From Eledone cirrhosa (Eukaryota), in contig OZ024745.1 in the NCBI GenBank assembly GCA_964016885.1, positions 74,028,001-74,092,000 on the forward strand: a stretch of 64,000 nt of DNA, written 5' to 3'. This document shows positions 52,309-61,282 of this stretch, in pieces. The position numbers were made by a program, and so were the translations under genes. Below the pieces are notes generated by a model, which saw only the letters and a list, made by a program, of their open reading frames with translations, did no database searches and was not told the DNA's origin. Within the stretch, counting starts at the first letter, position 1. Each line of letters begins with the position of its first letter.

Positions 52309-55300
52309 AGTTGCATTTATCTTGCTTTATGTTCATACGAGTTATCACCAAGTCACAACCAGTGACCTCAAGAGACAACAAGGTCCGCCATGTTCAAGAA
52401 AGAACATACATATTCACACATGCATCTTTAGTGTTTAGACTTGTGATGTACTTATATTGACAGAATCTTCCTTAGTATATGGGCAGTTCCCATTAGTACT
52501 ATCTTTTGTATTTCTCCTATACGCGGGTTTCCTGGGATTTGCGATAAGTAATCATTAGACCCCTTAGATATCATTCCCAGAGCGCCTACAACCACTGGTA
52601 TTGTTTTAGTTCTCAATTTCCACATTTTTCCAATTTCTATCTCCAGGTCCTTATACTTGCTCAATTTTTCAAATGTTTTTATAGATACATTCTTGTCTAT
52701 TGGAACAGACATATCAATTAGCAGGCATACCCTCTTTTGAAAGTCTTTCAATATTATATCAGGTCTGTTTGCATCTATTTTTCGGTCTGTTTGGATGCTA
52801 AAGTTCCACAAGATTGAGATGTGACCTTTTTCAAGTATGGGAGGTAGTTGATGCTCCCACCAATTCTTTTGATGGGGCAGGTCAAAATGCTTACACATTA
52901 TCCAATGTATGTATTGTGCAGCTCTGTCATGCCTGTTTAGGTATTCGGTTGGAGCTATAGGACTGCACATTGAAATTATATGGTCAATGGTCTCTGGTTG
53001 TTTTTTGCATACACGGCATAATGGGCTGCACCCATTTTTTATTATGTTGGCTTGGTAATTTTTTGTTGGCAGACACTGATCTTGTGCCGATATAATCAGT
53101 CCTTCAGTCTCCGATTTCAGTCCAGAGGATGCCAACCACGGATGGGTTAAAGTTTTGTCAACATCAGGATTGTTAGCTCGCTCTGGGTATTTTCCATACA
53201 GAGGCTTTTCTTGCCATTTCTTAGCCAGTTTCTGTAGCAGTTCTTTCTTTGCAGTTACTTTTACCTGCTTTGCTTTTTCTGTGTTTTCCATTTCAGCATT
53301 AAATGGGACTTCTGAAATTTGTAGTCCATTACTGTATCTTTGTGCATCTTTTGTAATGGAATATGATCTTTTGATGCTTTCGTGTTTCAAAACGTGTTTG
53401 ATCATCCAATCATGTGATTCCCTTAGCTATGTAGATAATCCAATTGTTGCAGTTTTCAACGCAATGTCTAACTGGATTAACCCACGTCCTCCTTCTTTCC
53501 TAGGGGGATATATTCTATCTATATCTGCCTTAGGGCGATGCATTCTGTGCATGGTTAAGAATTTTCGAATTTTTGTATCGAGCCTACGGATCTCTGTGCT
53601 TGACCAGTTGATGACATTGTAACTGTAGGTTACTACTGGTATGGCAAGCGCGTTTATGGCATCGATCCTATTCCTTGCATTCAATTCCGTTCTTAAGATT
53701 GCTCTTACTCTGCGGTAACATTCCTTCCTTATCCTTTCCCTCATTGTCGAGTGCTTGATTCCGTCTCCTTCACAAACACCTAGATATTTGTAAGTTTTTT
53801 CTTGATCAAGTTCTCTTATCACGTTCCCCCGATCAAGATTAATGTCTGAACTCTTCAGCAGCTTTCCTCTGGTGAACGTTGCTTTGGCACATTTATCTAG
53901 TCCAAACTCCATTTTAATGTCATCACTGAACTGCTTCACAGTGGATAATAGCCCTTGCAATTGTTCATCATTTTTTGCAAATAGTTTCAGGTCATCTATG
54001 TAGAACAGGTGATTAATGGTTTTGTCATAGACTTTATATCCATGTTTTGTTTCATTGAGCATTTTACATAATGGTATAAGTGCGATGCAGAATAAAAGCG
54101 GTGATAAAGAGTCACCCTGAAAAATTCCACAATTAATATTAACTTCTCCAGCTTCCAGTGATTTTGTTTCACTATTCAAAAGGAGTCTCGTATTCCATGT
54201 CTTCATACTGAATGACAAAAACATCCTGACAACGGGGGATATTTTGAAAATCTCTAAACATTTTTCAATCCAACTGTGTGGCAAACTATCGAATGCTTTT
54301 TTATAATCTATCCAAGCAATCGATAGATTTTTGTGTGTATTATGACAGTCTTCCAGTATCATTTTGTTAACCAGAAGCTGATCCTTACAGCTATATGAGC
54401 CTCGTTTACACCCTTTCTGCTCAATGGGAAATAGATCATTTGTTATCAGGTGGTCATATGTGTATTCAGTTAGGACTGATGTTAAAATTTTATACATTGT
54501 GGTCAAGCAAGTTATCGGTCTGTAATTTTTGGGATTGTTTGTCTCATCATTCTTCGGAAGCAGGACTGTAATGCCGTTAACTAGCCATGAAGGTATCTTT
54601 TCTGGCTCCTTAACTATTTCATTGTAAAGTTGGGCTAACAGCTCATGAGACTCTGTGAAGGCATTTATCCAAAAGTTTTGTAATTTGTCTTTTCCTGGGG
54701 ATTTCCATTTGCTGGTTTTTCTTAGAGCCAAGCGCAACTGTTCAACTGTTATATTTTCCCATGTTTGTTCCTCAAGGTGAGCTGTATCTTTCATTTGTCT
54801 GTCTATCCATGGGGCATGTATGTTATGAACTTTTTCTTCGGCCCAGATCTTTTCCCAGAATTCTTGCACTTCCTCCTTGGGTGGTATTGATTTAGCAGTT
54901 ATTATTGACTTACCAATTTTTCTGTAGAAGTTTCTTTGGTTGTTTTTGAACATATTATTGTACTTATAGAATCTAGATCGTTTTTCAAAGCACCGTATAC
55001 GAGCAGCTTTGGCCGACACTTTTTGCTTGATTATTTCTATCAGCATGTCTATGTCACATGTTGATTTTATACTGTACTTTTTTTTCAATTTTCTAAGTTT
55101 AGTTTGTTTAACATGTTCACCTACTTTATAGTTTGTTAAAATTTCTATGTCAGATCGGAGAAGGTTTATTTGGCGATTGATGTTCTCTTGCCAAGTAGAT
55201 TTCTTGTGGGAATTCCTTTGTTTTTTCATCTTCACTCCACATAAGTGAGTGGTGACTTTAGCCGATGCATAATAGAGATGATTTAAATCAGTAATGTTTA

Positions 55301-56282
55301 GTTTGTTTGTGATGATAATGTTTTTGAGAATTATGTTAGTCTTGTGTATTATCTTTTGGTTCTGTTTGGAGTTCTGGATCTTAGGGAGGGTGTCTCGTTG
55401 CCCCATGTCAGATTCTTTCATTTTCATCCATTCGATCATAATTTCATCCTTCAAGTTGGCAAGTTCATTCTCATTCATTTCTTTATCATTTACGATCTCA
55501 TTATTTTCATTTGGAGTTTCATCCTGAGCATGCACTCCCTCCACTTTTTCGATCCTTTCTTTAATTTGTTCTGTTGCCAGTGATTCCGCCCCAACCCTGG
55601 GATTCGAAGTGTTACAGTTTACCTCGTTTTCACTGACACATGTTTCATTTTCCCTTCGCTGACTTTGTGCTAATAGCTTGATCTGATCAATTTCTATATC
55701 AGTTAGTAACTTTTTTCTTACAATATTTCTTCGTATATTGGCTAGTTTGTTACTGTCAATATAGCCTCTGTTTTCGGGATGTTTCTTTTTCCAGTTGATA
55801 TATGTCTGTTCTGTATTCGATGTATTTGATGGGTAGTACATGGCAGTGTAGAAAGCCTCAAGGACTTCTTTATTATCTTCCCTTGACCATTTTTCTCTCT
55901 TTTTCTTTGGATTTCTTGGTGGTGAGCATGGAGGGCCAACAGTAGGAGTATTCCGGTTATGGGAGGTCTCCAGCTCCGAAGTGATGGGAAGGTTTGAACC
56001 ATTAGCTGATTTTTCGACCCCAGTCTGGTTCCTCTCTGAGGGACGCGGCCCTTTTTTACCCGGGTGACGGCCGATCCGGTATGAGATTTTATCATTAGAC
56101 ATTTACTTTATTTTGTCGCGTTTTATCCTTATCCGCCAAGGGGTAATCATTTCGTGTTACCACTTCTAGAACGAGTGTCAACCAAGACTAGAGGGGTCGT
56201 TCTCCCCTAGAGACACGGCTATTCTCCGCCGGCCGCCAACCCGGTATTTCTTGGTCACGGGGTTTTCTTTTTGTTGTTTTTT
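52307..56282 (-). mobile_element. RLE non-LTR retrotransposon family C, full-length copy C2 (R4/Dong-like)
   Basis: Structured leader, single ORF, ~145-nt 3' UTR and (TAA)n tail. Confidence 0.95.
52452..56102 (-). pseudogene. C2 RT-RLE ORF (~1216 aa) with one in-frame TAG at 53427-53429
   Basis: The 891-aa and 317-aa ORFs share a frame, and copy C1 has TAT (Tyr) at the stop. Motifs KSPGKD, NYRPITCL, QGDSLSP, YIDD, CRVC..ETIDHIISMC, RHD, NRPD. Confidence 0.92.
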
Positions 56283-56344
56283 TTAAATTGTTATTATCAT
56301 GAGTGGTTCCTTAATGTGAGCATTGCGTGGCTTAAGAATGAAAT

Positions 56345-56400
56345 TATTAATAATTGTCTCCACTCCAGGCACAAGGCCAGCAATCACCCAGTGCATTACA
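56345..56400 (-). mobile_element. SINE 3' fragment
   Basis: ggcacaaggccagcaatcacccagtgcattac matches the SINE 3' end. Confidence 0.7.
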
Positions 56401-57491
56401 ATAATATAATATACTTTTTGTTGTAGTTGGCTGTTATTGTTGTTGGCTATGTCGGTGGTGGTGCCGGGGCTTTTTATATTGTTGGTGAGGAAGGGGTGAG
56501 CCAGCAGTCCCATAGTTGTTGATGTTGACGTTTGGCCGGTGGCCAGGTCACTAAGTCAATCTATTTATATCTTTTGCTAGCCTCTCCCTTGTCTAGTGAT
56601 ACCGCCACCTTCCCCTTTCTCTCTCAAGTTAACAGGGGAATAGTGGCGGTAGCATTGAAGGAGTGGTGGCGGCGACGATGGGATAGTGGTAGCAATGATG
56701 GATGGGGTGGGGTGGTGGCAGCGGTGGCGTTGTGGTTACTGATATGTAGTATCTATGAGTTTGTGTTCGTATGTTTAATATATATTTTTATTATATTTTG
56801 TGTTGACATATTCCCGTAAAATTGGAATTAAACATTTTTTTTAAATTTGAGACAATAATAATAGTAATTCTATAATAGTAATTCTATAATGTGGTGGCAG
56901 CAGCCAGCGTGGAGTTGTGGGAGACAGTAGCGGCGGTATCGATACTGAGACAGTGGTGGTGGTGATATCGATACCGAGGCAGTGGTGGTGGTGATGTGAT
57001 CGTATTATTGTAGTGATGGTGTTGTAGCGGTGGTAGCAATGAAGGAGTGGTGGCAGCGGTGATGGGATAGTGATGGTAATGATGGCAGTAGTGAGTGGTG
57101 GTGGTGAAATTGCCGTTATCTGGCTGTTGTGTTTAGTGTACACAGAGAGGTGATGGGGTAGGTGGTGTATCTAGTTTCTGGTGTTGGTGAGATTGGTGTT
57201 GTTTGGCTGTTCTATATAGTGTAGACAGAGGAGGTGGGGGGGGGGGTTCTTCTTCCATTTATAGCCATTTTCTTTTTTGAATATACAATGTACAATACAA
57301 AGTTGAATATTTGAATATTTGAGCCTTATAACAATATATTTTGGGTCCGAATTTTTTGGGGCTCAAGCCGGATGCTTTACGTAGCATTTGTACTAAGAGT
57401 TGTTATTTCACAAATGATTTAAATATGTTAAAAATTCAAAACTTACGGGAGCGATTTCATGACCTTCCGCCACCTCGTGCGTCTTCTTCCC

Positions 57492-57575
<84 letters not shown>

Positions 57576-57646
57576 TTATCCTTTTTTTCTGTTCCATCCT
57601 CTTCTCACTCCTTGTCTCTCTATTTCATCTTTTATTTCCCATTATA

Positions 57647-57682
57647 TCTTCTGATGAAGGGCTAGTGTCAGAAACGTTAAGA
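57647..57682 (+). ncRNA. Minimal hammerhead ribozyme motif
   Basis: tctt-CTGATGA-ag GGC tagt GTC a-GAAACGTT-aaga: canonical core, ACGT palindromic stem III, 4-bp stem I, weak stem II. Confidence 0.55.
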
Positions 57683-57793
57683 CTCTTTTCTTATGATTTC
57701 AAGCGTTAAACTAATATATTTCTTCACTGTACTGTCGTTTGCTTTGTTATTTCATACAGATATACATACATATATACATGTATACATACATAC

Positions 57794-58399
57794 ATGGTGG
57801 CTGCCAACTCGTTTTCGAGTACGGCGACTACTTTATATCCTTGTAGGAGAACTCCTACCGATGCGCTGAACGAGTGACATTTTAGTCCAGCCAGCGACTT
57901 GAAAACTCTGGTACAAACACTACACTTGTGACAATTATTGACACATAGTGCTGGGCCCATGGTACCATGTGACGACAAGTGCAGAGAGATCTCCAGATAT
58001 AAAGCAATGCCTGTGTCGTGAAGCTTTTATAGTGAGCAAAGGCACTGCACAAAGCCAGTCCCACTCTCTTAACCAAGATGATATTTACCAAAAAGAAGAA
58101 CAAGTCAACATCATTGGATACCATCAGAGTTGCAGGTGTTATATCAGAGTTTTCCTTCTCCTAGAATTCTGCCTTGACAAAGGCTAAGGGGTCATCTCTC
58201 CCGGTGATTTTGGATGGCCATTGACTCTTAAGAGCTCCTTTGCCTTTTGACAGGTTTTGTTTTTAGTCCTGCAGGATGTCCAAAGTCACCCTCCTCACCA
58301 AGAAACCTTAGTGGGGTTGCCAGTTTAGTCGCCAACAACCCGACCATGAGCAGGTTGTACTGGCATACATGTTACCAGTAGCACCAACTGGTGACCTGA
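57794..58399 (-). mobile_element. Internally deleted RTE (BovB-like) element, 5' UTR joined to 3' end, flanked by (ATGT)n
   Basis: The 3' part encodes CSVCTRVFKSLAGLKCH, an RTE C-terminal zinc finger. The 5' part carries an HDV-like motif. No RT lies between them. Confidence 0.65.
58319..58376 (-). ncRNA. Degenerate HDV-like ribozyme at the RTE 5' end
   Basis: P1 ggtaacatg/cgggttgtt, P2 gccagt/actggc, P3 acc/ggt, L3 tgctcat (consensus tcctcgy), then GG-cga-CTAA. Confidence 0.6.
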
Positions 58400-58544
58400 C
58401 ATACATACATACATACATACATACATACATACATACATACATACATACATACATACATACATACATACATACATACATACATACATGCATGCATACATAC
58501 ATACATTCATCCATGCATGCAAACATACATACATACATATACAA

Positions 58545-58642
58545 TCAACACGATCAGTCGCATATTTTGGCGTGGGAGACTATTTATTAAATTTAAGATG
58601 AATACTATCTCCGACAGTAATGCCACAACTACAGTCATGTTG
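58545..58642 (+). mobile_element. Isolated 5' leader of RLE family A
   Basis: Matches 23181-23279 (gatcagtcgcat...gggagactatt...gatgaatactatctccgacagtaatgccacaactac). Again directly after (CATA)n. Confidence 0.85.
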
Positions 58643-58645
58643 CAA

Positions 58646-59395
58646 TAAACCCATGACCTCCAAATATCCGATCCACCGAAACTAAATGCGGAGTTAGGGA
58701 GAGTGATGAGGAATGTGGCCCGCATGTGACATCCTAAAGAGCTAGAGACACACATACGACACTTCATCCACAGCATGAAGTTCTCTGGCTCCAATCAGTT
58801 AGACAGGTTCAGGATTTGTAAAGGAGCCAGGGCCAAATGGACGAAGATTGTAGAAAATGATACGAATGTGACTTTCCCCATGTATAGGAGAAAATTGTGG
58901 AATAAGAGAGAAAGAATTAAGAAGAATACTAATAAGATCAACTCGTGGTATGACAAGCAATAAATACCAGAGTGTAATATTCATGAAGGCAACCCCAGAG
59001 GCGAACTACAAATTTAGAAAGGCTCTAGACAAACTAAAATTATATATTAAGACAGTTGAAAAACCATGTATTTCCATAAAAGCCCTAATTAGTAGAACAT
59101 ATCCTTTTGAAGAAAAACTCTGCACTGATAGCAAATTTATAGTCTACAAATTAAGCCCAGGAATTAGCTGCCAAAACTATGAACGTAGTATATGGCATAA
59201 TATGTACGTAGGGGCAGTGAAGGAATAAGAACACAACATACCTAGGTGAGACAGCCTGTAGCATAGGTGAAAAGATAAATGAACACTGGTGAGATCTCCA
59301 AGATGGGAAGAACTCATCTGTACCGAACCAACATACCAGAATGGAACATGGGGTACACTAGAGAACATAGAACTAAAAATAAACAACCAGCCGGT
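58646..59395 (+). mobile_element. Degraded Penelope-like element C-terminal fragment
   Basis: VMRNVARM...IRHFIHSMKFSG...YQSVIF...ISRTYPF is homologous to the 61283-62194 ORF. Confidence 0.8.
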
Positions 59396-59932
59396 TATTA
59401 AAGCGGTTATTAAACAAACCAACCGAAACTTGTAAAAAAATTGAAGTTAAAAACAACAGTTGCGTTTGTTTTATTGGCAGCATGACCCTTCCAAAGTATA
59501 ACATTATCTGTTTCAACACACGTTTTCAGATAAGAAATCTCGCAAAATAAATACAAAAAACGAAGTATATATATGTGTGGGTGGGACTTTGTCTGTGTCT
59601 ATGTGTTGTGTGTATGTATAGATACAAAATCAAATATGTATGTGCATGAATCTAAGAGACTATCTCACAGTCATGTCCACTCAAAAGAATTTTTTTTCCT
59701 GTTAATGCTTCTCCATTATTTAGTCTAGCAGAAAATGGAATATCAAATTTGTTGTCATGTTTCTGGTGAATTCAAAGTTTCTTGCGAGTTGGGAATGATA
59801 CAAATCTCTCAGATGGCTGAAGTAATTGAAATCGCACGCTCTTCTTCAATTTTATCTATATTATCATAGTCATGTCATAGATGTTGTTTATTTTTGCTAC
59901 AATATTTTGGATTAATAGTCTTTTATGTTAAG

Positions 59933-60040
59933 ATTTTATTAGCTTCGCATTACGTTTTCATCTCCATTGAAGAAAATTCTAAACTAATTTTATTAGCTTT
60001 ACATTACGTTTTCATCTCCATTGAAGAAAATTCTAAACTA
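59933..60040. repeat. 54-bp tandem duplication
   Basis: attttattagcttcgcattacgttttcatctccattgaagaaaattctaaacta twice, with two differences. Confidence 0.9.
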
Positions 60041-60210
60041 TTCAGTAAAATATCATAAATATATGTTCAGAATTACAGGAAGATAAAATATTAATTTGTA
60101 TTTCAGATATCTGAATATTTATCTGGCTTGTACGGATGTGAGAGATATAAATGTATCTGGTTACTGAAATGCACTTGAACAAACTGCAATGAAATATATG
60201 TCATTATTTA

Positions 60211-60576
60211 TTGGCAGTATCGGTGAAGGGTCGGACGCCATGCTTTCCAGCATAGTTACGTCCCCTTACGATCTGAGTTCAAATCCCGCCGAGGTTGACT
60301 TTGCCTTTCATCCTTACGGGGTCGATAAAATAAAGTACCAGTAATGCACTGGGTAATAGCTGGCCTTGTGCCTAAAGTAGAAACAATTATTATTTGGCAG
60401 TATTGGTAGAGGGTCGGACGCCCTGCTTTGACGCATAGAGTTACGGCCCTTGCCATTCTGAGTTCAAATCCCGACGAGGTTAACTTTGCCTTTCATCCAT
60501 ACGGGGTCGATAAAATAAAGTACTAGTAATACACTGGGTAATTGCTGGCCTTGTGCCAAAGGTAGAAACAATTATT
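60211..60576 (+). mobile_element. Two tandem tRNA-derived SINE copies
   Basis: Both start ttggcagtat, contain gagttcaaatccc and end gtagaaacaattat. Confidence 0.9.
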
Positions 60577-60742
60577 TCGTGGTACGATGTATATATAATA
60601 TATATACAGCATGGCCTCAGCCGGATGGCTGGAACGGGTAAAAGAGTAAAAGAAACATACACATAAGCACACAGACACACGCATATATATATATGTATAT
60701 ATATATATGTATGTGTGGTGTGCGTGTGTGTGTGTGTATATA

Positions 60743-60785
<43 letters not shown>

Positions 60786-60986
60786 ATACTTGGGGAGGGT
60801 CATATTTGTGTAATATTGCCAGAATTAATAACAGAACACACTCACTGTTTGGTTGGTTTTCGCTTTTCGCTTCTGTGTCTTTTATATCGGTAATCTAATT
60901 TATTTGGTCCTCAATGTTGCCATTGACTGACCGACGGTCAAAAATAATACAGATACAATATAGACACAAACACATATATATAGTTT

Positions 60987-61028
60987 ATCAAAGTTCTTTC
61001 GTTGCACATCTGCAACATCGTCAGTGGT
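60987..61028 (-). ncRNA. Hammerhead ribozyme motif in the 3' pLTR of the Penelope-like element
   Basis: acca-CTGACGA-t-GTTGCA gatg TGCAAC-GAAAG aa CTT-tgat, ~255 nt downstream of the GIY-YIG ORF on the same strand. Confidence 0.7.
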
Positions 61029-61282
61029 GCTATTGTTTCCTCCCGTTACAGTGTATGTCTACGCCATTTTTATTTAGTCTGTCTATATATTTATTTATTT
61101 ATTTATTTGTTTGTTTGTTTATTTTATTTTGTCTTCTCTGCGCATGCGTTTGCGTGTGTGTATAGTGTTTTGTTTGATGTGTGTTCGTGATTGGGTGACT
61201 AGTGTGTGTTTATATGTGTTTGTTGTTATTGTGCTTGTGTATGTATTTATTTATTTATTTATCTATTTATTTATTTATTTAT

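Noticed and set aside
30487-55583. Antisense and alternate-frame ORFs over the retroelement ORFs
   Set aside because: Shadows of the coding frames. Their recurrence between copies reflects copy identity, not selection.
56420-57240. GTG-rich region with a ~45-bp imperfect direct repeat and short ORFs
   Set aside because: Degenerate low-complexity repeat with no coding evidence.
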